Shown here in pieces: positions 39,870 through 50,416 of a stretch of 64,000 nucleotides of DNA. Positions within the stretch are counted from its first letter, which is position 1. Every line of letters starts with the position of its first letter. The stretch covers positions 3,895 to 67,894 of the forward strand of contig DAORIB010000002.1 in the NCBI GenBank assembly GCA_035438265.1, in the 5' to 3' direction. This stretch comes from Ferruginibacter sp. GTDB taxonomy: Bacteria > Bacteroidota > Bacteroidia > Chitinophagales > Chitinophagaceae. The position numbers were made by a program, and so were the translations under genes. Below the pieces are notes generated by a model, which saw only the letters and a program-made list of their open reading frames with translations, was not told the DNA's origin and did not search any database.

Positions 39870-40691
39870 ATGAGTAAAGAATTTATTCAACTGACTTTTT
39901 CAACTGCAGAACCGGTAATGTCTGAAGTGCTCATCGCATTACTCAGTGATATCGGCTATTCGGGTTTTGAAGAATCCGATGTTGCGCTAAAAGCCTTTAT
40001 TGATAAAGATCATTTTAACGAAGCGGAAGTTAAACGGGCACTGGCTGGCCTTGCAGTGGAATATAATTGTGCGGAGATTGAGGAGCAAAACTGGAACGCC
40101 CAGTGGGAGAGTAGTTTTGACCCTATCATCATCGGTAATTTTGCAGCCATCCGTGCAGGTTTTCATTCACCGGTTCAACAGGTAAGTCACGAGATCATCA
40201 TTACCCCCAAGATGAGTTTCGGTACCGGGCATCATGCCACCACGCATATGATGGTGGAACAAATGGCTGATATTGATTTTACCGGAAAGACAGTAATCGA
40301 TTTCGGGACCGGCACCGGTGTGCTCGCTATTCTTGCCGAAAAACTGGGGGCAGGATCTGTTGACGCCATTGATAACGATGACTGGAGCATAGAAAACTCG
40401 GAAGAAAACATGGTTGCCAATGGATGCCGGCAGGTTCATGTATTTAAGGCGGATCAATTACCCGGTAACAAAACCTATCAGGTTATTCTGGCCAATATCA
40501 ACCTGAATGTAATCGTTGATAGCCTTCCTTCCCTTGCCAGGGCATCCGCCAGAGGAACCGTGGTTCTGCTGAGCGGTTTTTTAAAAGAAGATGAGAGCGG
40601 CCTGCTGCAGCTTATAATGAGTTTAAATTTTAAACACCTGGATACCCGGCAAAAAGGAGAGTGGATCTGTATGAAACTGGAGATGAATTGA
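39870..40691 (+). CDS. prmA: Ribosomal protein L11 methyltransferase
   Basis: NWNAQWE, PKMSFGTGHHATT, DFGTGTGVLAI, ILANIN. Confidence 0.93.
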   Translation: MSKEFIQLTFSTAEPVMSEVLIALLSDIGYSGFEESDVALKAFIDKDHFNEAEVKRALAGLAVEYNCAEIEEQNWNAQWESSFDPIIIGNFAAIRAGFHSPVQQVSHEIIITPKMSFGTGHHATTHMMVEQMADIDFTGKTVIDFGTGTGVLAILAEKLGAGSVDAIDNDDWSIENSEENMVANGCRQVHVFKADQLPGNKTYQVILANINLNVIVDSLPSLARASARGTVVLLSGFLKEDESGLLQLIMSLNFKHLDTRQKGEWICMKLEMN

Positions 40692-40832
40692 TTTGATAAG
40701 TCATATCTAATCTACTGGCAGGCAACACGCTAAATCTGCTATTCACATTTTACGGCATAATAGAGTAATTATACTACAAGGCAGAGTTAATTTATTATTA
40801 CTTTTGCTTACTCAACTCAAGCTAAGAAACGG

Positions 40833-41489
40833 ATGAAAGAATTACTTCTTATTGTTCTTGCATATTTGATAGGCTCTATTCCCACCGCATTGATTGTCAG
40901 CAGACGTTTTTTCGGCATTGATATACGTGACTATGGAAGTGGCAACATGGGCGCCACCAATACTTTCCGGGTACTGGGTTCAAAATACGGCACCATGGTG
41001 ATGGCCATCGATATCCTGAAAGGAGCTGTTGCCGCGGGATTATACAGCCTCATTCCGTTTTATATGCACAATGAATGGGAGCGTACCAACTTTATGATCG
41101 GGTTGGGACTGGCAGCCGTTGTGGGGCATATATTCCCAATTTTTGCCGGTTTCAAAGGCGGTAAAGGCGTGGCTACCCTGTTTGGAATGATCCTGGCTGT
41201 TCAGCCGGTGATTGCCATCAGCTGCACCGGTGTATTTCTGCTGGTGCTTTATCTTACCCGCTATGTTTCGCTGAGTTCAATATTAGCTGCCGTGGCGCTT
41301 CCTGTTTGCGTGCTGTGGATATGGAACGAACATGAAGTGCTGTACCGCATATTTGCCCTGTTGGTGGCTGTGCTGGTTATATTCACCCACCAGAAAAACA
41401 TCGGCCGCATTTTGCGTGGTGTGGAAAGCCGGATACCTATTCTGAAGCACCGCGACAAAAGAAAATCACGCCGGCGGCAGGATTCCTAA
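40833..41489 (+). CDS. plsY: Glycerol-3-phosphate acyltransferase
   Basis: AYLIGSIP, GSGNMGATNTFR, FKGGKGVAT, HQKNIGR. Confidence 0.95.
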   Translation: MKELLLIVLAYLIGSIPTALIVSRRFFGIDIRDYGSGNMGATNTFRVLGSKYGTMVMAIDILKGAVAAGLYSLIPFYMHNEWERTNFMIGLGLAAVVGHIFPIFAGFKGGKGVATLFGMILAVQPVIAISCTGVFLLVLYLTRYVSLSSILAAVALPVCVLWIWNEHEVLYRIFALLVAVLVIFTHQKNIGRILRGVESRIPILKHRDKRKSRRRQDS

Positions 41490-41599
41490 ACTCATCTACT
41501 CTTTTCTTCTCACTTCCCCGAATTTTGTACATTTATATTGTACCTGTTTTTAGATTGGTACGGCAATTGATTATTGGCACATCTAAAACCCCTAACAAA

Positions 41600-42406
41600 A
41601 TGAAACGGTTCTTTTTATTCTTTGCCGGTATCGCCGCATTCATCGGATGCAGCACCAACTCGGTTACCGGCCGCAAACAATTGAAATTATTTCCTGAAGA
41701 AACGCTGCAGCAGCAGGCTGTAACTGAATACCGGTCTTTTCTTTCCCAGAACAAAGTACTGAGCGGAAATGTGAATAAAGATGCAGAAATGGTAAGCAGG
41801 GTAGGCAACCGCATTGCCAAAGCCATTACCGATTACTATACGCAAAAGGGACTGGCCAGCGAACTCAATGGCTATAAATGGGAATTTAATCTCGTGGAAT
41901 CAAAAGAAGTAAACGCCTGGTGCATGCCCGGTGGCAAAGTGGTGGTATATACCGGCTTGCTGAACATTACACAAAATGAAGCGGCCCTGGCGGTAGTGAT
42001 GGGACATGAGATCACCCATGCAGTAGCCCACCATGGTAATGAACGCATCAGCCAGGTAGCCCTGGCGCAGGGGCTCGAAATTGCCGGGAATATTTTTACT
42101 TCCGGTAACCAGAAAGCCAATAATATCTTCAATAATGTATTTTCACCCACGGCCCAGGTGGCTGTATTGCTTCCCAATTCCCGGAACCAGGAATACGAGG
42201 CGGATCATTTCGGACTGAATTTTGCGGCCATGGCGGGCTACAATCCAAGGGAAGCCGTTCCTTTCTGGCAACGCATGGCTGCAGCTTCGGGAAGTGGAAA
42301 ACCACCCGAATTCCTGTCGACCCACCCCTCCGATGAAAACCGGATCGCCAAACTACAGAGCTTTATGGATGAGGCACTGAGCTATTACAAGCCTGTAAAC
42401 AAGTAA
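41600..42406 (+). CDS. M48 family lipoprotein metallopeptidase
   Basis: FIG-C lipobox, VNAWCMPGGK, GHEITH, SRNQEYEAD, LSTHPS. Confidence 0.92.
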   Translation: MKRFFLFFAGIAAFIGCSTNSVTGRKQLKLFPEETLQQQAVTEYRSFLSQNKVLSGNVNKDAEMVSRVGNRIAKAITDYYTQKGLASELNGYKWEFNLVESKEVNAWCMPGGKVVVYTGLLNITQNEAALAVVMGHEITHAVAHHGNERISQVALAQGLEIAGNIFTSGNQKANNIFNNVFSPTAQVAVLLPNSRNQEYEADHFGLNFAAMAGYNPREAVPFWQRMAAASGSGKPPEFLSTHPSDENRIAKLQSFMDEALSYYKPVNK

Positions 42407-42425
42407 AAAACATTCGAAATCTTCT

Positions 42426-42454
42426 AAAACTCCCGGAAACAGGGAGTTTTTTTT
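42426..42454 (+). terminator. Rho-independent terminator
   Basis: AAAACTCCC-ggaaaca-GGGAGTTTT followed by a T run. Confidence 0.85.
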
Positions 42455-42593
42455 GCCCAAAACTTTTCTCAGACGGGCAGAATCATTAATTTTGCAGTCC
42501 AACTAACCCTGCTTGTTTGGTCTGTCCTGTAATACGGGCATATTTATTAAGTGAATTTCGTAATGTTTTTTTAACCATTAACGACCACCTTTT

Positions 42594-43043
42594 ATGTCTT
42601 CACAATCACTCTTGGAAAAATTGCAATTAAAGGACGAAAAGAACCTGCTCATACAGGGTTTGCCATCTTCCATCGAGAAGCAATTCATTAAATTGTCGTT
42701 TTCAAAGAACGTAACTCCATTGCTCAAAAAACGCCGGATCGACTTTGCCCTCGTTTTTGCCGTGAGCCAGCGCCAGCTGAGTGATATTTTAAAAGACGTG
42801 GTTCCCTGCCTGCAGGAAGAAGCCAAATTATGGATCGCTTATCCAAAACCCACCTCCAAAATAGCCAGTGATCTTTCCCGCGACAAAAACTGGGACATAG
42901 TATCTGAACACGGATACGAAGCCGTTGACATGGTGGCACTCGACAATGTTTGGAATGCTGCTTCCTTCAACCGCCAGCTTGTGGTAGCAAGCCTTGGTTC
43001 CAAAAAGAGGTCACTTATTGCTGCCGAACTGCACCTGGCTTAA
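42594..43043 (+). CDS. Conserved hypothetical protein (DUF3052-like)
   Basis: LWIAYPK, SDLSRD, VALDNVW motifs. Confidence 0.6.
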   Translation: MSSQSLLEKLQLKDEKNLLIQGLPSSIEKQFIKLSFSKNVTPLLKKRRIDFALVFAVSQRQLSDILKDVVPCLQEEAKLWIAYPKPTSKIASDLSRDKNWDIVSEHGYEAVDMVALDNVWNAASFNRQLVVASLGSKKRSLIAAELHLA

Positions 43044-43089
43044 GTTCACACGCATTTTTTACTTATAACAGGTATCTTCCTTATTTTTA

Positions 43090-43785
43090 ATGATGGGAGA
43101 TAAGAAGCATATTGCCGTACTCACCGGCGCCGGTATCAGTGCCGAAAGCGGCCTCAAAACCTTCCGCGACAGCGATGGCCTCTGGATGGGATATGACGTG
43201 TATGAAGTGGCATCCCCACAGGGCTGGGTTAAAAACCCGCAGCTGGTTCTTGATTTTTACAATGCCCGCCGTAAAGACGTGGCTGCTGCCTTTCCCAATG
43301 CAGCCCACACCGGGCTGGCATCACTGGAAAAAGATTTCAATGTAACCATCATTACCCAGAACATTGATGACCTGCACGAACGGGCAGGATCGACGAACAT
43401 ATTACACCTGCATGGAGAAATATTTAAAATGAGGAGTGTGGCAGATGAAGACACGATCTACGAAATACGGAATGATATCATGCTGGGCGACCTGGCAGAT
43501 GATGGCTGCCAGCTTCGTCCCCATATCGTCTGGTTTGGAGAAGCTGTACCCATGATGGAAGAGGCCGCTGCCATTGTACAGCAATGCGATTATTTTGTGG
43601 TGGTGGGAACTTCCCTACAGGTATACCCGGCGGCATCGCTGCTCTATTATACCCCGCCGCATCTGCCCAAATTTATCATTGATAAAAAAATACCCGCCAC
43701 CGAACGGCAGCATAACCTTCGCTGCATTGAAATGCCTGCTACGGAGGGGGTGGAAGAACTGAAACGGATACTTGGTTCCGCCTGA
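43090..43785 (+). CDS. cobB: Sirtuin (class III, CobB-like) NAD-dependent protein deacylase
   Basis: LTGAGISAESG, FYNARR, ITQNIDDLHERAG, LHLHGE, RPHIVWFGE, GTSLQVYPAA. Confidence 0.9.
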   Translation: MMGDKKHIAVLTGAGISAESGLKTFRDSDGLWMGYDVYEVASPQGWVKNPQLVLDFYNARRKDVAAAFPNAAHTGLASLEKDFNVTIITQNIDDLHERAGSTNILHLHGEIFKMRSVADEDTIYEIRNDIMLGDLADDGCQLRPHIVWFGEAVPMMEEAAAIVQQCDYFVVVGTSLQVYPAASLLYYTPPHLPKFIIDKKIPATERQHNLRCIEMPATEGVEELKRILGSA

Positions 43786-43811
43786 TTAATTCTATACCAA
43801 AATCAACAGCT

Positions 43812-44282
43812 ATGTTTGAAAGTTATGAAAACTACACCGGCTCAGCGGTTATTATTTTTATCCTGATGGCCTTATTCCTGGTGCCCACCATTTTTTATTT
43901 CCTCGGCCTGCAACGGGCACTGGAGGCTGTTTCGGAAGAGAACCGTCAGATGCCTCCCGGGCAGGTATGGCTTTCCCTGATTCCCATTTTTAACCTGGTG
44001 TGGATGTTTTTTGTGGTGAACAAGATTGCTGAATCCTTTGCGCTGGAATGCGCACGCCTCAGCATACCTTCTACCGAAATGAAACCTACCCAGGGTATCG
44101 GCAATACAAAAAATATCCTGCGGCTCTGCTCATTTATTCCCATTGCCGGCGTTATCGCAACACTTGGTTTTGTGGTTTGCTGGATCATGCACTGGATAAG
44201 TGTAAATGAATACCGGAAGCTCATTATTGCCAACCGCGATAATTTTAAACTCGATGCAGAAAAAGGAATCTTTCACCAGTAA
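43812..44282 (+). CDS. Membrane protein (DUF4328-like)
   Basis: Several TM helices, PGQVWLSLIPIFNLVW. Confidence 0.55.
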   Translation: MFESYENYTGSAVIIFILMALFLVPTIFYFLGLQRALEAVSEENRQMPPGQVWLSLIPIFNLVWMFFVVNKIAESFALECARLSIPSTEMKPTQGIGNTKNILRLCSFIPIAGVIATLGFVVCWIMHWISVNEYRKLIIANRDNFKLDAEKGIFHQ

Positions 44283-44284
44283 TA

Positions 44285-45577
44285 TCAATTCCGTGTTTCT
44301 GTAAACCGGATACCGGCCGATTCCAGTTCTTTCAACACCGGTTCATAAATCTCCCGTGAAGTAGGAATGTGCAATCCCTTTAACTGGAGCGTGCCATCCA
44401 GGATGAATTTGGCAGCAATGCCCAGGGGAAGTCCAACCGTTTTGGCCATGGCGGTACGCAAACTGTCTTCGCCTTTGGCTACCAGGCAGCTTTGTATTGA
44501 ATGAGGCTCCCCATCAAGGTTATATACAAATTCGTGCAGCATTACAATCATGTCTTTATCTCCGGAATGCATACCCAGCCTGGTTTCTACCAGGTGCTGC
44601 AGGATATCGGCCGATGATTTGGCGCTGGCCGGAACAGGTGTCTCTTCAAACAGGCCGAGGAACCTCAGCATAGCCTCATTCTCCGCCGTTACGAAATGAT
44701 TCACCGGCTCCGACCATTTTTTAAATGTCAATCCTTTTGTATTTACGGTGTCGGTTTCATTGGTCAAACCGGCATGAACCACCGCATTCCATCCTTTGAA
44801 AAAATCGATATGGCGAAGAGTGGTGCGGATAAATGTGGCTGTATCCGGAAGTTTATAGGTGGAAATATAACTCAATGAATCGCGGTTGGGATAAAAGGCC
44901 AGTGAGTCCAGCCCCGCATAAACGATCCCGTTCGAAACATCGAACAGCTGCTGGTAACTTACATTCTTTATTTCGTTGTTCTCTTTGTACACAGCGCCCG
45001 ACTGACCCGCCATGACAATATTCCTGGGATTCCAGCTGATCTTGTAATGCCAGGGGTTGTCGTCGCTCTCAGGGGCCACCAGTCCGCCGCAATGACTTTT
45101 GAACGAAGTGATCTTACCACCGGTTGCTTTTATTTCGTCGATGATCTTCATGGCGCTCATGTGATCGATGCCCGGATCGAGTCCCATTTCACAAAGAAAG
45201 AATAGTTTCCGGTCATTTATTTCATCCTGCAGGCTTCTGATCTTATCATCCAGGTAGGAAGCCGTAAGCAGGTGTTTCCGGTATTCCACGCAATCTTTGG
45301 CCACCAGAAAGTGCAGGGCAGGAGGCATCATAGAAATCACCACGTGTGCCCGCTGAATGAGTTTACTTCTTTGCTCGTCATTAATAACATCCAGCTGAAC
45401 GGCTTCGGCAAAGGGGGAGTGGTTGGTTTTGGTAAGAATGAGATCCCGGTTCGAATCCGCTATAATGAATTTCCAGTTATTGGCCTCCGATTCTTTGATG
45501 AGGTAGTCTATTAAAACGGTAGCCGATTTACCGGCGCCGATCAGTAAAATCGTTTTCAAGAGATTTTTTTTCGGCAA
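44285..45577 (-). CDS. Saccharopine dehydrogenase-family oxidoreductase
   Basis: LIGAGKSA, EMGLDPGIDHM, SHCGGL, YKISWNPRN, AMAKTVGLPL; alternative start TTG at 45559. Confidence 0.9.
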   Translation of the reverse strand: MPKKNLLKTILLIGAGKSATVLIDYLIKESEANNWKFIIADSNRDLILTKTNHSPFAEAVQLDVINDEQRSKLIQRAHVVISMMPPALHFLVAKDCVEYRKHLLTASYLDDKIRSLQDEINDRKLFFLCEMGLDPGIDHMSAMKIIDEIKATGGKITSFKSHCGGLVAPESDDNPWHYKISWNPRNIVMAGQSGAVYKENNEIKNVSYQQLFDVSNGIVYAGLDSLAFYPNRDSLSYISTYKLPDTATFIRTTLRHIDFFKGWNAVVHAGLTNETDTVNTKGLTFKKWSEPVNHFVTAENEAMLRFLGLFEETPVPASAKSSADILQHLVETRLGMHSGDKDMIVMLHEFVYNLDGEPHSIQSCLVAKGEDSLRTAMAKTVGLPLGIAAKFILDGTLQLKGLHIPTSREIYEPVLKELESAGIRFTETRN

Positions 45578-45790
45578 GTTACCCTATAATTCGATGATAA
45601 AACCATGCGCTGATGATGTAACAGATTTCCGATTGCACGTGCCTTTCAATGAGCAAATAATAAAATCACCAGATCAGCACATTTACTATCCACAAACCCC
45701 AAAAAAATGTGCAAAAACAGGCCTTAAAAACCCCTTTTCTGAGGCGGAAAAACGACCCCTTTTCGGTATCTTCGCAACCTATTATTTTTT

Positions 45791-48343
45791 ATGGAAAATA
45801 CTGAACAATTACACGAACAAAATCCCAATAACAGGGGCAAAATAATCCCGGTGAATATTGAGGAGCAGATGAAAACTTCCTACATCGATTACTCCATGAG
45901 CGTGATCGTGGGAAGGGCGTTGCCGGACGTACGGGATGGATTAAAACCGGTTCACCGCCGTTGCCTGTACGGCATGAATGAGATGGGCAATAACAGCAAC
46001 AAGGCCTATAAAAAGTCGGCCCGTATTGTGGGTGACGTAATGGGGCGTTACCATCCTCATGGCGACTCTGCCATTTACGATACCATCGTACGCATGGCGC
46101 AGGAATGGAACATGCGCTACAAACTGGTGGATGGGCAGGGTAACTTCGGCAGCCAGGGCGGCGATCCGCCGGCGGCCATGCGTTATACCGAGATCCGCAT
46201 GCAGAAACTGGCCGAAGCCATGGTGGAAGACATCGATAAAGACACGGTTGACTTCCAGCTGAACTTCGACGATAGCCTCAAGGAACCCACCGTTCTTCCA
46301 ACACGCATTCCCCAATTACTGGTGAATGGCAGCAGCGGTATTGCCGTAGGTATGGCTACCAACATGATGCCGCATAACCTGTCGGAAGTGATCGATGCAT
46401 GCATTGCTTATATCGACGACAATAATATTTCCATTGAGGATCTCATCAAACATGTAAAAGGACCAGACTTCCCGACCGGGGGAACCATCTATGGTTTTGA
46501 GGGCGTGCGTGCCGCCATGCACATGGGAAGGGGAAGGGTGGTGCTGCGTGGTAAAGTGAATATTGAAACCGGTCCGGGCGGACGCGAAAAACTCGTGATC
46601 TATGAAGTGCCTTACCAGGTGAACATCGATAACCTGGCCGCTAAAATAGGCGAGATTACATCTGAAAAGATCGTGGAAGGCATTGCCAATGTAAACGACG
46701 AAAGTAACAGCAAGGAAGGCACACGTATCGTGGTTGATCTGAAAAGAGATGCCGTGGCACAGGTGGTGATCAACCAGCTGTACAAGCATACCGAACTCCA
46801 GACTTCATACGGCATCAACAATGTAGCCATCGTACGGGGAAGACCCTATACGCTCAACCTGAAAGAGCTGATCAAAGAATTTGTTGACTTCCGGCATGAA
46901 GTGGTAGTGCGTCGTACCAAATATGAATTACGCAAGGCAGAAGAGCGTGCCCATATTTTAGAAGGATACATCATCGCCCTCAACAACCTGGATGCCGTGA
47001 TTGCATTGATCCGCAATTCATCGACCCCGGCCATTGCGCAGGAGGGATTGATGACCGAATTTGGCATGAGTGAGATACAGGCCAAAGCCGTGCTGGAACT
47101 GAGGCTGCAACGCCTTACCGGCATGGAGATTGAAAAGATCCGGGAAGAACATGCCGAAATCATGAAACTGATTGAACGCCTGAAAGAGATCCTGGCCAAT
47201 GAAAGCATCCGCTTCGACATCATTAAAACCGAACTGAAGGAAGTAAAAGAAAAATTCGGCGACGAACGCCGTACCGAGATCACTTACCTCGACGATGAGA
47301 TCAAGATGATTGACCTGATTGAGGAAGAAGACGTGGTGGTTACCATCTCTCACCTCGGATACATCAAACGTACGTCGGCCACCGAATACCGCCAGCAGCG
47401 CCGGGGCGGCAGGGGAGCCAGGGGCAGCAGCACCCGGCAGGAGGACTTCATCGAACACCTGTTTGTGGCGAGTACACACCATACATTGCTATTCTTTACC
47501 GAAAAAGGAAGATGCTTCTGGCTGCCGGTATACCAGATCCCGGAAGGAGATAAGACAAGCAAGGGAAGGGCCATTCAAAACCTGGTTCAGATACCGCCGG
47601 ATGATAAGGTAAGGGCCATCATTGATGTGAAGAATTTTGAAGACAAGGATTTCGTGAACAGTCATTATATCGTTCTCTGCACCAAGAAAGGCATGATCAA
47701 GAAGACCGACCTGGAAGATTTCAGCCGGCCAAGGCAAACAGGTATCAATGCCATCACCATCCTGGAAGGCGACCAGTTGCTGGCAGCGAAATTAACCGAT
47801 GGCAATTGCGAGATTATGATGGCGGTGAAGAGCGGACGTGCCATCCGCTTCCCCGAAGAAAAAGTACGCAGTACCGGCCGCGGCGGCCAGGGTGTGGCAG
47901 GCATCGAAGTGGATGATGAAAAAGATGAAGTGGTTGGCCTGGCCTGCGTAAACCGCGAAGACAATACCCGTACCATATTGGTGGTAAGTGAAAAAGGATT
48001 CGGTAAACGTACCGCCGTGGAAGAATACCGGGTTACCAACCGGGGCGGCAAGGGAGTTAAAACCATCAACGTAACAGACAAGACCGGCTCACTGGTTGGA
48101 CTGCTGGACGTAACGATGAGCGAAGACCTGATGATCACCTGCGAATCGGGTGTTACCATCCGCATGCCGGTGAACCAGATCAGCGAACAGGGAAGGGCTA
48201 CCCAGGGTGTAAAACTGATACGGGTGGATGAAGGCGATGCCATCGCAGCCATCACACAGCTGGAAGAAAAAGAAGACGAAAACGGTCATGCAGAAGATGC
48301 TGAATCAACAACCGGCGAAGCGACCGAAACACCTGAAAGTTAA
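45791..48343 (+). CDS. gyrA: DNA gyrase subunit A
   Basis: [25 protein letters not shown] catalytic Tyr, GyrA-box QRRGGRG, C-terminal pinwheel repeats, acidic tail. Confidence 0.97.
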   Translation: MENTEQLHEQNPNNRGKIIPVNIEEQMKTSYIDYSMSVIVGRALPDVRDGLKPVHRRCLYGMNEMGNNSNKAYKKSARIVGDVMGRYHPHGDSAIYDTIVRMAQEWNMRYKLVDGQGNFGSQGGDPPAAMRYTEIRMQKLAEAMVEDIDKDTVDFQLNFDDSLKEPTVLPTRIPQLLVNGSSGIAVGMATNMMPHNLSEVIDACIAYIDDNNISIEDLIKHVKGPDFPTGGTIYGFEGVRAAMHMGRGRVVLRGKVNIETGPGGREKLVIYEVPYQVNIDNLAAKIGEITSEKIVEGIANVNDESNSKEGTRIVVDLKRDAVAQVVINQLYKHTELQTSYGINNVAIVRGRPYTLNLKELIKEFVDFRHEVVVRRTKYELRKAEERAHILEGYIIALNNLDAVIALIRNSSTPAIAQEGLMTEFGMSEIQAKAVLELRLQRLTGMEIEKIREEHAEIMKLIERLKEILANESIRFDIIKTELKEVKEKFGDERRTEITYLDDEIKMIDLIEEEDVVVTISHLGYIKRTSATEYRQQRRGGRGARGSSTRQEDFIEHLFVASTHHTLLFFTEKGRCFWLPVYQIPEGDKTSKGRAIQNLVQIPPDDKVRAIIDVKNFEDKDFVNSHYIVLCTKKGMIKKTDLEDFSRPRQTGINAITILEGDQLLAAKLTDGNCEIMMAVKSGRAIRFPEEKVRSTGRGGQGVAGIEVDDEKDEVVGLACVNREDNTRTILVVSEKGFGKRTAVEEYRVTNRGGKGVKTINVTDKTGSLVGLLDVTMSEDLMITCESGVTIRMPVNQISEQGRATQGVKLIRVDEGDAIAAITQLEEKEDENGHAEDAESTTGEATETPES

Positions 48344-48368
48344 TCGATACTAAAATGTATTCAATATT

Positions 48369-48396
48369 AAAACCCAATAGAGATATTGGGTTTTTT
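48369..48396 (+). terminator. Rho-independent terminator after gyrA
   Basis: AAAACCCAATA-gaga-TATTGGGTTTT followed by TT. Confidence 0.85.
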
Positions 48397-48478
48397 GTTA
48401 ACCACAAATCTGAGCTGGAAATTTTTGTGATACACAACCTGGATAAATTTTGGAGGCAGTAAGATCTGTGGCCATTTT

Positions 48479-48516
48479 TTGTGGTCGATTTTTTCGGCCA
48501 CAAAAATCGACCACAA
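48479..48516. repeat. Perfect 15-bp inverted repeat
   Basis: TTGTGGTCGATTTTT-tcggccac-AAAAATCGACCACAA. Confidence 0.85.
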
Positions 48517-48642
48517 CTTTGTAAAACTCGTCATCTAATACAGCATCGTTCATGATTTTTTTTTTACTATTCACCAATCTACGCCCAAATCCTCGCTCTG
48601 GGGTGGCGTTGGCCTGCATTAAAATATATTTTCGAAGGGCTT

Positions 48643-48670
48643 ACTTAACATAATATTAATTATAAATCTA
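48643..48670 (-). other. dif-like XerC/XerD recombination site (probable chromosome terminus)
   Basis: Minus strand TAGATTTATAA-TTAATA-TTATGTTAAGT. It has 11-6-11 architecture; the XerD arm differs by one base from E. coli TTATGTTAAAT, and the XerC arm keeps the inner ATAA. It sits in a gene-free AT-rich gap. Confidence 0.72.
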
Positions 48671-49054
48671 AATTAGTGTATTTCTTTAAAAGAAGTATCT
48701 GCTTAATGGAAGTATTTTATAATCTGACTCCGAAGAATTTGAGTAAGCAGGCAGGCGAAAGAAATTCAGTACCAGCAAGCTTTTAGGCGGATATTGTTTT
48801 ACAGAACAATTACTTAAGCAGCAGATTTTTAAGCGGTTCCGGATTTCGGCACAGCATTTGTCTGACAGAAATACCCATTTAATTCTCCGATTCGTACCCC
48901 AAGGAAATTCATCATTAGCCGTAAACATTTTTTGTAAGGTCCCGCATTAGAATCCCATACCGGGTTTGTGCTTGGTTATCTTTTAAACAACCCCGGCAAA
49001 GGTTATCTATTCGTGTCTAATACCGGTTTAAATAACCGATTTTCCTTTGAAACC

Positions 49055-49092
49055 AATCCCCCGGATCATTTCTGGTCCGGGGATTTCTTTTT
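49055..49092 (+). terminator. Terminator-like hairpin, possibly bidirectional
   Basis: AATCCCCCGGATCA-tttc-TGGTCCGGGGATT then TCTTTTT on the plus strand. Confidence 0.6.
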
Positions 49093-49161
49093 CCAGGCCT
49101 TTAGTGAACCTGTAGGGTTTAAAAATCTTATTGGTCTATGCACAACCGGTGTTCCGGGAAA

Positions 49162-50382
49162 TTATTTAAACGGATTACTCCATTTGGTATCTGTATATAC
49201 ATTATTACCCGATAATGTACGCAGGAATGCCACCATTGAATTCATGTCGGCTGCCGTTAGATTCAGGTGCTGCCCAAATCCATTGGGCCTGAGTTTGGGA
49301 TCCAGGTTGGTATTGCCCGGGGCCAGGTTGATGACGTTATAATGTGTAATGGCTCCCTGCAAATTGCGGATATCGCCCACATGCATCAGCGGGCCGTTTT
49401 CTATACCGGCTGCATTCACCACATCACGCAGACTGGGAGCTCTTGTTACCGTGATATCAATACCCGTTTGTGGAGGTATTTTCCCTATTACGCCGTTATT
49501 CCCGGAAACAGGTGCTATATCAAACTCGGGTGCATTATGACAACCATTGCAACCGGCACCACCACCAATGCGGTTGCCAGTTGCATCAAATACCGGCGGC
49601 GCAATAAACAATTGCTTGCCCTGGTTTTCCTGTGCGGTGAAATTCGGGAACGGTGCTCCATCATTGGGCGCCTGTGCCCTTCCTGCATCGTATTTAGAAT
49701 CGAAAGACTGAATGCTGCGTACAAAAGACGACAGGCATTCCTGCAGTCTTGCTTCGGTTACATTCACATCGCCGTATACAAATTTGAAAAGTTCATTGTA
49801 ATAACCGATGGCCTGTAGTTTTACCAGCAGATCGGCGATGCCCGGCCTCCCGCTTTGTCCGCTGAATCCCATCTCAGCATGATCCTGTATGGGTTTGGTG
49901 GTTTGTATCTCCAGCGTGGCAGCCCGTTCATCCCAGAAGAATTTTGTTTCCACAGCAAAGCGGGCATTGATCAGCCGCATCGAATGCCTGGCTGTCATAC
50001 CGCCGGCCACTCCTTTACTGGAAACTGCGGTATCGCTGAAGGCGAATTGTTGTTTGTGACAGCTGCCGCAGGCAATGCTGTTGTCGATGCTCAGGTTTTT
50101 ATCGTAAAACAATACCCTGCCCAGGGTGGCTTTGGCATTTGTAATAACGGCTCCTCCGCTGTTGTCTTTTACAATATAATTGGGCCTGCCCTGGTTGGCA
50201 TAATTCAACAGGTTGTTGGGATCAATGTTGGTGCCGAAAGCCACTTTGATGGCGGCAAAGGGGTCCACGGGTGTAGGTGTGGTGGTGGATCCGGTTCCGG
50301 AATCATTGTTCTTGGAACAAAACTGGAACAACACTACCAGTGAACAGATCAATGCAAGCGTGATGGTCTTTTTTTGGTTCAT
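49162..50382 (-). CDS. Di-haem cytochrome c peroxidase/MauG-family lipoprotein
   Basis: LFQF-C lipobox, LGRVLFYD, CGSCH, FFWDERA, CNGCH, APSLRD, PLMHVG...AITHY. Confidence 0.88.
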   Translation of the reverse strand: MNQKKTITLALICSLVVLFQFCSKNNDSGTGSTTTPTPVDPFAAIKVAFGTNIDPNNLLNYANQGRPNYIVKDNSGGAVITNAKATLGRVLFYDKNLSIDNSIACGSCHKQQFAFSDTAVSSKGVAGGMTARHSMRLINARFAVETKFFWDERAATLEIQTTKPIQDHAEMGFSGQSGRPGIADLLVKLQAIGYYNELFKFVYGDVNVTEARLQECLSSFVRSIQSFDSKYDAGRAQAPNDGAPFPNFTAQENQGKQLFIAPPVFDATGNRIGGGAGCNGCHNAPEFDIAPVSGNNGVIGKIPPQTGIDITVTRAPSLRDVVNAAGIENGPLMHVGDIRNLQGAITHYNVINLAPGNTNLDPKLRPNGFGQHLNLTAADMNSMVAFLRTLSGNNVYTDTKWSNPFK

Positions 50383-50416
50383 ATAGTTGGTTTAGGGTTC
50401 TGCTGGGTTATAATAT

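Noticed and set aside
45448-45458. GGTTCGAATCC, a tRNA T-arm-like sequence
   Set aside because: It lies inside the saccharopine dehydrogenase CDS on the other strand, and no acceptor, D or anticodon stems can be built around it.
48398-48928. ORFs 48398..48619 and 48686..48928 on the minus strand
   Set aside because: No recognisable motifs; they overlap the inverted repeat and flank the dif-like site, so they are likely chance ORFs.
48344-49161. oriC interpretation of the AT-rich gap (several 1-2-mismatch DnaA-box-like 9-mers)
   Set aside because: There is no perfect DnaA box, and such matches are expected in AT-rich DNA. The dif-like site and converging gene orientation point to the terminus instead.
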